Positions 9,901 through 19,630 of a stretch of 64,000 nucleotides of DNA are shown piece by piece; within the stretch, counting starts at the first letter, position 1; every line of letters starts with the position of its first letter. A program made the translations under genes and the position numbers. The stretch covers positions 3,674-67,673 of the forward strand of contig JAPZTL010000027.1 of assembly GCA_027532825.1 (NCBI GenBank), given 5' to 3'. The notes under the pieces are model-generated. The model saw nothing but the letters and a program-made list of their open reading frames with translations, did not search any database and was not told the origin of the DNA. The stretch is from Silanimonas sp. (GTDB lineage Bacteria > Pseudomonadota > Gammaproteobacteria > Xanthomonadales > Xanthomonadaceae).

Positions 9901-12784
9901 CGTCGATGGCGACCGGGCGACCGTCGGGGCCCAGCACGACGAGGTCGGCGCCCGCGCGGGCGCCGCGGTTGACGTAGGCGAGGCCCTCGCCCGCCTTGAG
10001 GCCGACGAGGTAGGGCGCATCGCTGACGAGCGCCTTGAGCGTCGCCGCGACGCCGCGGCCGCTGCCCGGCTCATAGGCGCGGACGAGCAGATCGACGCGG
10101 TAGGTCGCGCGTTCGAAGCCGTCGAGGCCGAGGTCGATCTCGGCACGACCCGTCGCATCCGTGCGCACGTCCTCGAGCGCGGGCTGCACGCCGTCGGCCG
10201 AGGTCGCCGGGTCGTGGAAGCGATACCCCGGCCACGCTGGGAAAGCCGGGACGCTCGGCGTGAGGCGCATCTGCGTCGCGACGCGGCGGTCCTGCGCGGC
10301 GGTGCCGAACAGGTTCTGCACGTCCACGACCGCCTTCAGGCCCGCCGGGCGCACCCAGCCGCCCGTGCCCGGCGAGGACAACCCGAGCGCCACGCGAAGC
10401 GTGTCCGGCTGGAACTCGCGCACCTGCACGCTCGTGCTGCCGACCAGCGTTCGGCTCGCGCCGTCGCGACCTTTGAGGAAGAGCTGCGCCATCCAGGTGC
10501 CGGAAGGGCCGCTTTCCGGCGGCGTGAAGTCGTAGCCCTCGAAGCCGGCGGCGCCGAAGCGCAGCGTGTCGCGGGCGACGAGTTGACCGGACGGATCGGT
10601 GATGTCGATCTCCAGCGGCGCGCCGACCGGCGTCCTCGACCAGTCCTGCGCACGCAGCACGAGGCCGAGGTGCACGGTCTCGCCCGGCCGGTACAGGCCG
10701 CGGTCGGAGAACAGCACGGCGGACAACGCGCCGGGGTCGACCGCATTGATCTCGCCGCCGACGTCGAAGCGCGAGGTGTCGAGCCGGCGCGCCCAATCGT
10801 CGAGGGGCAGGAAGCTCAGGTCGTCGCCGCTGGTGACCTGCAGCAGCACGGGGCGGCGTTCGCGGACGAAGGGCTCGAACGAGGGCAGCGTGGCCACGCC
10901 CTCGGCGGTCGTGTTGGCGGACGCCACCACCTGGCCGTTGCGCCCGACCACCGAAACGCGCGCACCCGCCACCGGCGTTCCGGCGGACAGGCTTTGCACG
11001 AACACCTTCCGCTTTCCGTCGAGCTCCGTCTTGGCCAGCACGCCGAGGTCGGTCAGCACGACCATCCGCGTGTCGGTGGCGGTGCCAGCGTCGCGGTCGA
11101 GGCGCTCGCGCGGCGTCAGCGCCGCCTCGTCGTCGCTCATCGAGCGCAGGCTGAGCAGGAACACGCCGCGCTTGCGCGCGTCGAAATAGGTGCCGAGATC
11201 GATGCCGCGGTAGCTCGCCCGGGCCGGGTCGTCGGTCGGCAGCGACAGCGTCTCCTCGAAGCGCTCGACCAGCTGGTCCTCCTCGACCCGCCACGTGGAC
11301 GGCTGCTGGAAGCTGCCATCGTTGGCGGCGACCAGCATCTGCAGCTGCTCGGGCACGACGCGTCCGACCTCGAGGCGCGCGTTCGCCACGTTACGGCCGA
11401 CGACGGTGACGCGGCGCTCGCCGCGCAGCGCCAGCAAGGCGCCCTCGCCGACGAAGCGGAGCAGGCTCGGATAGGCCGGCACTTCGACCACGCGCGACAC
11501 CGGCTCGCCCATCAGGAACCCGCCGAAGCTCTTCATCCCCTTCGGCAGCGCCACGTGCAGGCGGCGACCGGGCGGGGCCTGGAAGCGCAGCGCGTGGGTG
11601 TCCACCCATTCGCGCTCGGCGGCGATGAGCTCGGGGCGGAGCGGCGTGCCGGCGCGCAGCACCGCGGCGTCGATCTCGCCCTCCGACCATGGGTAGGGCA
11701 CCTGCCGCTGCGAGGCATCGTCCGGATCGGCCGGGTGGCCGGGGCGCGGCACGAAGCGCTCGGGCAGCAACACCACGCCCAGCTTGGCCACGACGTCGCG
11801 GTCGCGCAGCGTGTCGTTGAAACCCAGCACCAGCGCCTGCCGCGGCTGGCCGTCGGGGTCGTCCGCCACCACCGCATCGACGCTCGTCAACGCGACGCTG
11901 TAAAGCGAGGGCAGGTACACGGTGTTGTCGAGCTCGGCCGCCACCCCCGGCCCCGGCAGCCGGCTCTTCGCTCCCGCGGCGACGGCGAGTCGCACGCGGC
12001 CGCCGTTCTCGGGCACGGCCAGCGTCGAGGTCTGCACCCAGGCCCGCAGGCCGTCGCCATCGACGCGCAGTTCGGTCGAGGGCGCCGGCAGGGACCGGCC
12101 GGCGCCGTCCTCCGCGGTTGCGGCGAGACGCGTGCGCAGCCGCTCCTCGTCGAGCGGGTGCGAGGCGCGGAGGGTCCAGACCGCGCGCTTGATCGTCGGG
12201 TCCGAGGGGTCCTGGTAGAACTCCCCGCCCGCCACCTCGAGCGCGAACGGCGCGGTGTCGACCTGCCATTCGCGCGCCACGAGGACCTTGCCGGGCGCCA
12301 GCGCCCGCGCGGGATCGATGGACACGGTGTAGGACTGGCCGACCGGCCAGTCCTCGGCCGGCAGGAAGGCCAGCGTGCGGTCGTCCTCGAAGGCCCAGCG
12401 GCCGGCCAGGGCGGGCTCGAGCGTCAGGCCCTCGACGGCAGCCGCGGTGCCGGCGTCGGCGTCGGCGCCGACCGCCGCGAGCGGCGCGACCGATTCTTCG
12501 AAGCGCAGGCGCAGCGCACCGACCGTGATCGGCGTCGCGCGATAGTCGGTCGGCGACGGGCCTTCGACGGTGGCGGCGATGGCGTCGGGAGGAGGAGGCA
12601 CCGGGCGCGTGAACCACCATCCCGCGAGCGCCGCCAGCGCGAGGATCGCGACCGGGGCGCCGAGGCGGCGGCGCGGATCGGCGCGGAACCAGCCGAAGGC
12701 CTCGGCCAGCCAGGCCGGCGGCTGCCACGCGCCGAACACGCGGTTGGACCACGAAGACGGGGTGGGTTCGTCCGTGACGCTCAT
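6944..12784 (-). CDS. bacterial alpha-2-macroglobulin (YfhM-like)
   Basis: 1946 aa; MG domains (LFSDRGLYRPGETVH), thioester CTEQ, C-terminal receptor-binding-like domain (EVREDRVVLYG); classic pairing with pbpC. Confidence 0.93.
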   Translation of the reverse strand: MSVTDEPTPSSWSNRVFGAWQPPAWLAEAFGWFRADPRRRLGAPVAILALAALAGWWFTRPVPPPPDAIAATVEGPSPTDYRATPITVGALRLRFEESVAPLAAVGADADAGTAAAVEGLTLEPALAGRWAFEDDRTLAFLPAEDWPVGQSYTVSIDPARALAPGKVLVAREWQVDTAPFALEVAGGEFYQDPSDPTIKRAVWTLRASHPLDEERLRTRLAATAEDGAGRSLPAPSTELRVDGDGLRAWVQTSTLAVPENGGRVRLAVAAGAKSRLPGPGVAAELDNTVYLPSLYSVALTSVDAVVADDPDGQPRQALVLGFNDTLRDRDVVAKLGVVLLPERFVPRPGHPADPDDASQRQVPYPWSEGEIDAAVLRAGTPLRPELIAAEREWVDTHALRFQAPPGRRLHVALPKGMKSFGGFLMGEPVSRVVEVPAYPSLLRFVGEGALLALRGERRVTVVGRNVANARLEVGRVVPEQLQMLVAANDGSFQQPSTWRVEEDQLVERFEETLSLPTDDPARASYRGIDLGTYFDARKRGVFLLSLRSMSDDEAALTPRERLDRDAGTATDTRMVVLTDLGVLAKTELDGKRKVFVQSLSAGTPVAGARVSVVGRNGQVVASANTTAEGVATLPSFEPFVRERRPVLLQVTSGDDLSFLPLDDWARRLDTSRFDVGGEINAVDPGALSAVLFSDRGLYRPGETVHLGLVLRAQDWSRTPVGAPLEIDITDPSGQLVARDTLRFGAAGFEGYDFTPPESGPSGTWMAQLFLKGRDGASRTLVGSTSVQVREFQPDTLRVALGLSSPGTGGWVRPAGLKAVVDVQNLFGTAAQDRRVATQMRLTPSVPAFPAWPGYRFHDPATSADGVQPALEDVRTDATGRAEIDLGLDGFERATYRVDLLVRAYEPGSGRGVAATLKALVSDAPYLVGLKAGEGLAYVNRGARAGADLVVLGPDGRPVAIDGLQLVRIERRMVSVLTRGDDGLYRFVSRERRDEKDRRALPAKAAPQAVALETATPGDWTLEVQDREGRVLNRLDWTVVGDANLTRSLERNAELQVTLSKPTYAPGEAIEVSIRAPYAGAGLITIERDQVYAQQWFKADTTSSVQRIVLPEGLEGNAYVSVSLLRDPASDEVHTSPLSWGVVPFAIDRGARQLPLAMTAPAKARPGQPLSIDLDAGGPARVAVFAVDEGILQVAGYRVPDPLDRFFAKRMHQVESAQILDLLLPEFSRLAGGAAPGGDGEGEGARHLNPFKRKGEAPAVWWSGVVDVDGPRRFTFTPPDHFNGELRLVAVAVTPARMALREGTVTVRGDFVLTPTLPTHVAPGDTFDVPVGVANTIEGAKAPATVQLTVQQGPGLALEGPAPKPLTLAPGAEGVVTVRLKAGQALGPQALLLRASSGPHAAQRRVETSVRPVVPSTTTVSVRAVQRATAITSLRALHAERAQRRLAASSTPLVALVGLQAWLGDYRYTCTEQLASKALPALVLRSHPAFGRAAGDGDLSGLFGALRSRQNGDGGFGTWTASAHVDPFVSAYAVLVLVEARERGERVPGDLLDRANAWLAEAAVDRRRNDLPGLRARALAVYLQVRQGEAAGNALSALVEQLERDQPKAWRDDLAGLLVAASYQGLQQPAAATPLARRARELTAAAPAAKGPEEDFYDRAGAQAWRLYLLGKHFPSQARELPAAAVDGLLTPLQESGLNSLNAALAVLALDAVGGTPAAPVRFEQEWPGGKAPFGTVADGVLAGEYRGDATRLMVTPDAGQRLWVAQTERGFDRTPPPAVQDRGLEVQRDYLDAEGRPTTTVAQGDELTVRLRVRGAGWDHVAVLDLLPGGFEVVLSPPAAAEAAAPQDRDGDGEPDAPSEEASEPAAPVLAVAGSTFVPDHAEVREDRVVLYGAMTPDVREFRYRIRATATGSFRVPPAFAEHLYRARVLTRGDAAGTLTVTAPAR

Positions 12785-12917
12785 GGGGGGGCTCGCGCGG
12801 CGGGCGCGGCGGGGTGCCGCGCGTTCACTGCATCATAACGAGCCGCCCAACGCGGCCGAGGTCGAATCGTGGCGGCTTCGGGCCACCGATGGCGAAACGC
12901 GGGCAGGCGGGCCGCGA

Positions 12918-15900
12918 TCAGCCGGGAATCACCACGCCGGCCAGTTGGCCGAGCACCGCCTCCAGCGGCTCGGGGCGGTGCAGCAGGTAGCCCTGCGCGT
13001 GGTCGACGCCCATCTGGCGCACCCGGGCCAGCACTTCCGGGCGGTCGACGAACTCGGCGACGGTGCGCGCGCCGAGCACGCGGGCGACCTCGACGAAGCT
13101 GCGCACCGCGGCTTCGTCGAGCGCATCGTCGACGACATCCCGGACGAACTGGCCGTCGATCTTCAGGTAGTCGACGCGCAGGGCCTTCAGGTAGCCCCAG
13201 GACGAGGCGCCGGCGCCGAAGTCATCCAGCGCCACGCGCACGCCGAGGCCGCGCACGCGCTCGATGAAGACGATGGCGTCGGCCATGTTGGTGACCGCGG
13301 CGGTCTCGGTGATCTCGACGCACAGGCGTGCACAGATCGCCGGGCCGGCCGCTTCCAAGCGCTCGACGGCATGCCGGTGGAACGCGCGGTCGCCGACGGA
13401 CTGGCCGGAGAGATTGACGCAGAGCATCGTCGGCGCGGGCCCGTCGCCGAGGGCGGCCATGCGGTCCAACACGGCGCCGAGCACCCAGCGGTCGATGCGC
13501 GACGCGAGGTGGAAGCGCTCCGCGGCCGGCAGGAAGCCGGCCGGCGACACCAGCGCGCCGTCGACATCGACGAGGCGCAGCAGCACTTCGGCATGCAGGC
13601 CGCCGGCATCGCCCTGCAGCGCGTCGATGCGCTGGGCGAACAGCGCGAAGCGGCCTTCGTCCAACGCCCGCTCCAGCCGCGTGGCCCATTGCGCCTCGCC
13701 CTGCCTCGCCTGGATCGCCGCATCACTGTCGAACCACAGGTGGACGCGGTTGCGGCCCTCCTCCTTCGCGGCGAAGCAGGCCGAGTCCGCCGCCTGCAGC
13801 ACCGACTCCGCCGTCGGGAATCGGGCATCGACCGGGGCGAGGCCGATGCTGGCGCCGATGCGGAAGCGGTGGCCGTCGTGGTCGAAGCGGTAGACCTCGA
13901 GGCGGTCGCAGATCTGCTGGGCGACCCGCTGGCCCTGCTCGGGCGTGCAGCCCTGCAGCAGCACGGCGAACTCATCGCCCCCCAGGCGCGCCAGCAGGTC
14001 GCGGGACCGCACCGTGTCACCGAGCAGGCGCGCGACCTGCTGCAGCAACTGGTCGCCGGCGGCATGGCCGCAGGTGTCGTTGACGACCTTGAACTGGTCG
14101 AGGTCGATGTACATGACCGCGTGCGCCGTGTCGCCGTCCGCGGCGTTCGCCAAGGCTTCGCGCAGCCGGGCCTCGAGCTCCTCGCGGTTGTGCAGGCCGG
14201 TCAACGCGTCGTGCGTGGCGCGGAAGCGCATCTCGACGCCGAGCCGGCGCTGTTCGGTGACGTCGTGGAACACCAGCACGGCGCCCAGCAGGGTCCCGTC
14301 GGGATCGCGGATCGGGGCGGCGGAGTCCTCGACGCCGTATTCGCCGCCATCGCGAGACAGCAGCAGGGTCTGTGGCGCGAGCCCGACCACGCGGCCCTCC
14401 CGCAGGCAGGCGGCGACCGGATCCCGCGCCGGCTGGCGGGTCTCCTCATCGACGATCCTGAAGATCTGCGCCGCGGGCAAACCCTGCGCCTCGTCGCTCG
14501 ACCAGCCGGTCAAGCGCTCCGCCACGGGATTCAGCCAGGTCACGTGGCCGCGGACGTCGGTGGTGACCACCGCGTCACCGATCGACTGCAGGGTGACCTG
14601 CAGCAGTTCGCGCTCGCGCCGGAGGTCGGCCTCGGCGAGGCGCTGCGCCGTCACGTCCCAATTGATGCCGACGAGGCGCGCGGTCCGACCATCGCCCGCC
14701 GGCACCGCGCGGACCGCGGCGCGCAGGTGGCGGACGCTGCCATCCGGCCACACCACGCGGAACTCGATGCCGGTCGTCGATTCACCGGCGATCACGCGGC
14801 GCAGCGCCGCCAGCAGCGGCGCGCGGTCCTCGGGGTGGAGCCACTCGACCCAGTCGGCATAAGTCACGGGTTGGCCGGTGGCCGGGCGACCGTACTGGCG
14901 GAACACCCAGTCGTCCCAGTGCGCCTGCTTGGTGCCGACATCGACGTGCCAGACGCCGAGATGGCCGGAGTCGACGGCGAGCGCCATGCGTTCGCGGGCG
15001 TCCTCGATGGCGAGACGCTGGGCGCGCTGGGCGGTGATGTCCTGGAACGCCCCGACGAGCCGGACCACTCGATCCCCCTCGAACACAGGGCTGCCGACCG
15101 CGCGCGCCCAGAAGGCGGTGCCGTCCCGGCGGAGCAGGGGCAGTTCGAGATCCCATGGCCGCCCGTCGCGGAAGCCGGCCTCGACGGCGGCGCGCATGGT
15201 GTCGCGGGCCTCGGGCGCGTAGAAGCCGATCGCCTGGTCGACGGTCGGCACGAAGTCGTCGGGCACGCCGTGCAGTCGCCGCGTCGCCTGCGTCCAGTCC
15301 AGTCGCCCGCTGGCGAGATCGAGCGCCCAGCCGCCGACGCCGACCACCTCGCCGATGCTGTTGAGCAGGGTCTCGCTGCGACGCAGGGCAGCCTCGTCCG
15401 CCTTGCGGGAGGTGATGTCGCTGTGGATGGCCATGTAACCGTCGACGCGGCCATCGGCGGCGAACAGGGGCTGGATCTCGAGGTCGACCCAGTACCGGCG
15501 GCCGTCCTTGTGGCCGTTGAGGATCTCCACGCGACAGCCGTCACGGCGGCGCAGCGCGGCACGGATCGTCGCGACCGTGGCCGCGTCCGTCTCCGGGACC
15601 TGCAGCACCGCCCCAGGCTTGCGGCCGATGATCTCGTGCGGCGCGTACCCACTGATCCGGGTGAACCCGTCGTTGACCCAGGTCGCCCGCCCCTCGGCAT
15701 CCGCCACGACCACCGCGTGAGAGGTGAAGCGCACCACCTGCGAGAGGCGGGCGAGCTCGGCGGTGGCGCGGGCGACGTCGCGGCGGTCGCGCCGCCGGCT
15801 CTCCATGATCCGCGTCGCGGCCTCGGCCAGCGCTGCCAGCGCCTCGCGACGGGCGGCGTCCAGCCGACGGGGCGCGCGGTCGATGACGCACAGGGTGCCG

Positions 15901-16271
15901 ATGCGCTCACCGTCGGCAAGGACCAGCGGCATGCCGGCATGGAAGCGGAGCGCGGACGCGCCGGCGGCGGGGGCGTCGTCGGCGAAGCGCGCATCGCGCG
16001 TCGCGTCCTCGACCTCGAGCAGTTCCTCGCCCAGCAGCGCATGGGCGCAGAAGGCAGGCTCGCGGATCGTTTCGCCGAGGCCGACCTCCGACTGGACCCA
16101 CGACCGTCCGGCATCGACGAGGACGAGCAGCGCGATCGGCGTCCCGCAGATCGCGGCCGCGGCCCGCACCAGCGCGTCGAGCTCCGCCGCCGGGGTCGCG
16201 TCGGGCGCGACGGCTCCGCTCGGCGCGGCGAGGCGCCGCGACTCGTCGTCGGGCAGTCGTGCGGCAGGCAT
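12918..16271 (-). CDS. GAF-PAS(x4)-GGDEF-EAL cyclic-di-GMP signalling protein
   Basis: N-terminal GAF (FCAHAL...RFHAGMPL), PAS/PAC repeats, RSRD I-site with GGDEF, EVLLRL and LDDFGAG in EAL; ATG 16271 has GGGAG upstream (ORF open from 16304). Confidence 0.92.
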   Translation of the reverse strand: MPAARLPDDESRRLAAPSGAVAPDATPAAELDALVRAAAAICGTPIALLVLVDAGRSWVQSEVGLGETIREPAFCAHALLGEELLEVEDATRDARFADDAPAAGASALRFHAGMPLVLADGERIGTLCVIDRAPRRLDAARREALAALAEAATRIMESRRRDRRDVARATAELARLSQVVRFTSHAVVVADAEGRATWVNDGFTRISGYAPHEIIGRKPGAVLQVPETDAATVATIRAALRRRDGCRVEILNGHKDGRRYWVDLEIQPLFAADGRVDGYMAIHSDITSRKADEAALRRSETLLNSIGEVVGVGGWALDLASGRLDWTQATRRLHGVPDDFVPTVDQAIGFYAPEARDTMRAAVEAGFRDGRPWDLELPLLRRDGTAFWARAVGSPVFEGDRVVRLVGAFQDITAQRAQRLAIEDARERMALAVDSGHLGVWHVDVGTKQAHWDDWVFRQYGRPATGQPVTYADWVEWLHPEDRAPLLAALRRVIAGESTTGIEFRVVWPDGSVRHLRAAVRAVPAGDGRTARLVGINWDVTAQRLAEADLRRERELLQVTLQSIGDAVVTTDVRGHVTWLNPVAERLTGWSSDEAQGLPAAQIFRIVDEETRQPARDPVAACLREGRVVGLAPQTLLLSRDGGEYGVEDSAAPIRDPDGTLLGAVLVFHDVTEQRRLGVEMRFRATHDALTGLHNREELEARLREALANAADGDTAHAVMYIDLDQFKVVNDTCGHAAGDQLLQQVARLLGDTVRSRDLLARLGGDEFAVLLQGCTPEQGQRVAQQICDRLEVYRFDHDGHRFRIGASIGLAPVDARFPTAESVLQAADSACFAAKEEGRNRVHLWFDSDAAIQARQGEAQWATRLERALDEGRFALFAQRIDALQGDAGGLHAEVLLRLVDVDGALVSPAGFLPAAERFHLASRIDRWVLGAVLDRMAALGDGPAPTMLCVNLSGQSVGDRAFHRHAVERLEAAGPAICARLCVEITETAAVTNMADAIVFIERVRGLGVRVALDDFGAGASSWGYLKALRVDYLKIDGQFVRDVVDDALDEAAVRSFVEVARVLGARTVAEFVDRPEVLARVRQMGVDHAQGYLLHRPEPLEAVLGQLAGVVIPG

Positions 16272-16331
16272 CGCGGCTCCCTGGGGGGCAGGTCGGCCGA
16301 TCATGCCACCCGAACGGCCGGGCGCGACGCG

Positions 16332-17252
16332 TCAGAAGCGTCCGGCGTGGTAATCGGCGATCGCTTGGCGGATCTCTTCGGCGGTGTTCATCACAAAGGG
16401 GCCGTGCCAGACCACCGGCTCGCCGATCGGACGGCCGGCGACGAGGATCAGGCGGGCACCGGAAGGACCGGCGACCAGCGGCAGGTGGTCGCCTGCCGAG
16501 AGCACCGCGAGCTGGCCGGGGCGCACCGTCGCCTCGCCGCCGCTGGCGGGCAGCCGGGCCTCGCCCGCGAACACGTGGACGAGGGCGTGGTGGCCGGACG
16601 GCACCGGCACGACAAGCGAGGCGCCCGGTGCCAGCACCAGGTCGAGGAACAGCGGCTGCGTCGCCTCGGCCTGCACGGGGCCGGCGACGCCCGCGAACAG
16701 GCCGGCGACCACCTTGGCCGCGGCGACCGCGCCCGCCGCCGTGACCGCCGGCGCGACGTCGCCGGTGCGGCGCGCCACGACGCCGCCGGCGGCATCGAGC
16801 TCGACGACGGGCAGGCGCTCCGGCCCGATGTCCTGGTAGCGCGGCGGCTGCATCTTGTCCTTGGCGGGCAGGTTCACCCACAGCTGGAAGCCGCGCATCT
16901 CGCCCTCGACCTGCTCGGGCATCTCCGAGTGCACGATGCCGCGTCCGGCGGTCATCCACTGCACGCTGCCCGGCACCAGCAGGCCCTCGCCGCCGTGATT
17001 GTCGCGATGGCGCATGCGTCCCGCGAGCATGTAGGTCACCGTCTCGAAACCGCGGTGCGGATGCGGCGGGAAGCCGGCGATGTAGTCCTGCGGCCGGTCG
17101 GTGCCGAAGGCGTCGAGCATCAGGAAGGGGTCGACCGGCGGCTGCTGCGGCGTGCCGATCAGGCGCGTCAGCTTCACGCCGGCACCGTCCGAAGTCGGCA
17201 GGCCGGTGGAGAGACGGAGGACGTGGCGGGGGGAGGTGGTGGAGAGGCTCAT
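16332..17252 (-). CDS. pirin family protein
   Basis: DPFLMLD, GFPPHPHRGFETVTYM, QWMTAGRGIVHSEMP, GPFVMNT. Confidence 0.95.
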   Translation of the reverse strand: MSLSTTSPRHVLRLSTGLPTSDGAGVKLTRLIGTPQQPPVDPFLMLDAFGTDRPQDYIAGFPPHPHRGFETVTYMLAGRMRHRDNHGGEGLLVPGSVQWMTAGRGIVHSEMPEQVEGEMRGFQLWVNLPAKDKMQPPRYQDIGPERLPVVELDAAGGVVARRTGDVAPAVTAAGAVAAAKVVAGLFAGVAGPVQAEATQPLFLDLVLAPGASLVVPVPSGHHALVHVFAGEARLPASGGEATVRPGQLAVLSAGDHLPLVAGPSGARLILVAGRPIGEPVVWHGPFVMNTAEEIRQAIADYHAGRF

Positions 17253-17330
17253 GGCGCCATGCTTCGCCCTCGGCGGCCCGGGCTCAAGGCAACGGGCGCA
17301 ACGCCGGGTTCCCGGCGCGCAACGGCGGGA

Positions 17331-17945
17331 TCAGACGGTGCCGCGGTTCTTGCCAACGAAGGGCACGTACCAAGCGCGGATCCGCGCCATGTCGGCATCG
17401 AGGTCCGGGCCCATCTCGAGCAGCGGCCCGATGTGGATGGTCTTGGTCGGGTAGTCGAAAGCGATGCAGAGCACCGGGGCTCCGGCGGCCCGGGCGATCT
17501 TCCAGAAGCCGCTCTTCCACTGCTCGACGCGGCGCCGGGTGCCTTCCGGGGCCAGCAGGAACCACATCCGGTCGCTGGCCCGGATCTCGCGCGCCACCTG
17601 TTCGGCGATGCCGCCGGGGGCTGAGCGGTTCACCGCCAGGCCGCCGAAGCGACGCAGCATCCAGCCCAGCGGGCCGACGAACAGCTCCTGCTTGGCCATG
17701 AAGACGATGCCGAGGTCGAGGCCGATCTTCGCCGCCAAGCCCCAAACCGCGTCCCACCCCGAGCTGTGTGGCGCCACGACGATCACGAGGCGCGGCACAT
17801 CGGGGAAATCGCCCTCGAATCGCCAGCGACCGACGCGGTGGAACAGCCACCAGAACAGCACGCGGAGCGGACGAGGGACGTGCGTCCGCGGCGTGTGCGA
17901 AGCGATGGCCGGCACGCCCTGGCCGACGGGTCGTTCGTCGATCAC
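17331..17945 (-). CDS. lysophospholipid acyltransferase (PlsC family)
   Basis: APHSSGWD (HxxxxD), FMAKQELF, LAPEGTR motifs. Confidence 0.88.
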   Translation of the reverse strand: MIDERPVGQGVPAIASHTPRTHVPRPLRVLFWWLFHRVGRWRFEGDFPDVPRLVIVVAPHSSGWDAVWGLAAKIGLDLGIVFMAKQELFVGPLGWMLRRFGGLAVNRSAPGGIAEQVAREIRASDRMWFLLAPEGTRRRVEQWKSGFWKIARAAGAPVLCIAFDYPTKTIHIGPLLEMGPDLDADMARIRAWYVPFVGKNRGTV

Positions 17946-18370
17946 GGCTCCCGCTCCCAGCGCCGCGACGCCCGCTCGCGCTTCACCTGCGCGCGCTCGC
18001 GCTTGCTGCCGAGCCGGCGCTCGACCGAACCGCGCGTCGGCCGCGTCGCGATCCGCGGCTTGGGCGCATCGCGGGCGGCCTCGACGATCGCCTGCAGCCG
18101 CGCGCGCGCGTCCTCCCGGTTGCGCTCCTGGGTCCGGAAGCGCTGGGCCTGGATCACCAGCACGCCCTCGTCGGTCATGCGGCGGTCGCGGCGCGCCAGC
18201 AGGCGCTCGCGCACGGCCTCGGGCAGGGCCGTCGACGCCCGGACATCGAAGCGCAGCTCGACGGCGGTCGCGACCTTGTTGACGTTCTGGCCACCGGGAC
18301 CGCCGGCGCGCACGAAGCGCTCCACGATCTCGTGGTCCGGAATGGCCAGCGGCGCGCGGTCACCCCCCAT
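17942..18370 (-). CDS. arfB: alternative ribosome rescue peptidyl-tRNA hydrolase ArfB (YaeJ)
   Basis: GGPGGQNVNKVATAV, QRFRTQERNREDA, basic C-terminal tail. Confidence 0.96.
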   Translation of the reverse strand: MGGDRAPLAIPDHEIVERFVRAGGPGGQNVNKVATAVELRFDVRASTALPEAVRERLLARRDRRMTDEGVLVIQAQRFRTQERNREDARARLQAIVEAARDAPKPRIATRPTRGSVERRLGSKRERAQVKRERASRRWEREP

Positions 18371-18373
18371 GGC

Positions 18374-19630
18374 TCAACCCGCCGGCAGCCGGGGATGGCC
18401 GAAGGCGTCGCGCTCCTCCCCCGTGGCCGCGTCGCCGATGCGCTCGCGGACGCCGCGGCCGGGCAGGTCGACCGCGGGCTCGCCGCGCTGCGCCCGGAAC
18501 GCATTGGCGTAGGCGATCGCCGCACGCGGGTCCTGCGTCGAGGCCAGCAGCGCCGCGAGGCCCTCCCACGCCGCCGCGCCCCCGCCCTGCGCGATCGCGC
18601 GGTGGAACGCGGATTCCGCCCGGGCGCGCTGTCCGTCGCGGGCAGCCAGCCCGCCGATCGCGACCCAGAGGGCGGGCGACGTCGGATGGCCCGCCACCCA
18701 GGCCTCGGCGCGGGCCAGCCGCGCGTCGCCCGGGAAGGCCGGCAGTGCCCCCCACGCAGCGACGACCGCTTCGTCCCAGCGGGCATCGAGCGCCTCGGCC
18801 AGGGCCAGCTCGGCCTGGGCCTCGACGTGGAGCCGGCTCGCGCGGCCCGCCAGCGCGACGAGGACGGGCGCCCGCGCCCGCAGCGCCGCGGGCAATCCCT
18901 TCCAGCGGATCAGCAGGGTGCCGGCCTCCGCCGCATCCTCGAGCGCCGCGCACGCCAGACGGGTCTCGAGGGCAGCGAGCGCCGGGCCTTCGAGGCCGCG
19001 CTCACCGCGCAGATGCACCAGCATGGGCAGGGCCTCGTCGGCGCGCCCCAGCCTCGCGAGGGCCTCGGCCTTCAGCCGGACCCCCGACGGCGGCAGCGTG
19101 CTGCGGGCGGACGCGGCCTCGAGCGTCGCCAAGGCCTCGATGGCCCGGCCGTCCTCCAGCGCCGCCGCCGCCTGCTCGAGCGCCGCCGTCATGGGATCGG
19201 CCTTGGCCAGCGCGATGCGGTGCTCGCGCAGGCGCTCGTGGAGGCCGGCGGTCCTTGCGGCGGCGATGGCATGCAGCAGGGCCGGCACGCGATCGATGCT
19301 GGCGCGTTTCGCCGCCAGCGCCAGCAGCTGTTCGGCGCGCTCGGCGCGCCCCTGCTGCAAGGCCAGCAGCCCGTTCCCGAGGCGCTCCCGCGCCAGCCGT
19401 CGCGAATAGCGGCGCAGGGCGCGGAAGGGCAGCCGGAACAGCCACACGAGGGCGAGCAGCGCGGCGGTGGCCAGCCCCCAGGCGAGCGCCGCGACTTCGG
19501 CGCGCAGCGTCACGAGGTGCCCGCCCCACTGGATCACCACGAGGCCGTCCTGCTCGCGCAGCAGCTGCCAGCCCACGCCGCCGAGCAGCGCGAGCAGCAG
19601 GCCGCCGAGCAGCCAAGGGAACAGCTTCAC
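18374..19630 (-). CDS. hemY: HemY-like membrane/TPR protein
   Basis: GTG start overlapping the hemX stop; two N-terminal TM segments (GLVVIQWGG), then helical repeats; position in hemD-hemX-hemY. Confidence 0.8.
   Translation of the reverse strand: MKLFPWLLGGLLLALLGGVGWQLLREQDGLVVIQWGGHLVTLRAEVAALAWGLATAALLALVWLFRLPFRALRRYSRRLARERLGNGLLALQQGRAERAEQLLALAAKRASIDRVPALLHAIAAARTAGLHERLREHRIALAKADPMTAALEQAAAALEDGRAIEALATLEAASARSTLPPSGVRLKAEALARLGRADEALPMLVHLRGERGLEGPALAALETRLACAALEDAAEAGTLLIRWKGLPAALRARAPVLVALAGRASRLHVEAQAELALAEALDARWDEAVVAAWGALPAFPGDARLARAEAWVAGHPTSPALWVAIGGLAARDGQRARAESAFHRAIAQGGGAAAWEGLAALLASTQDPRAAIAYANAFRAQRGEPAVDLPGRGVRERIGDAATGEERDAFGHPRLPAG

Noticed and set aside
7016-12838. 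1940-aa ORF on the + strand
   Set aside because: Antisense shadow of the alpha-2-macroglobulin gene; such stop-free opposite frames are expected at this GC level, and it has no recognisable motifs
12570-17624. 1684-aa + strand ORF and similar long Arg/Ala/Pro-rich ORFs throughout the track (e.g. 29630-32590, 58215-61523)
   Set aside because: Each overlaps well-supported genes on the other strand or frame, has low-complexity composition and lacks domain signatures
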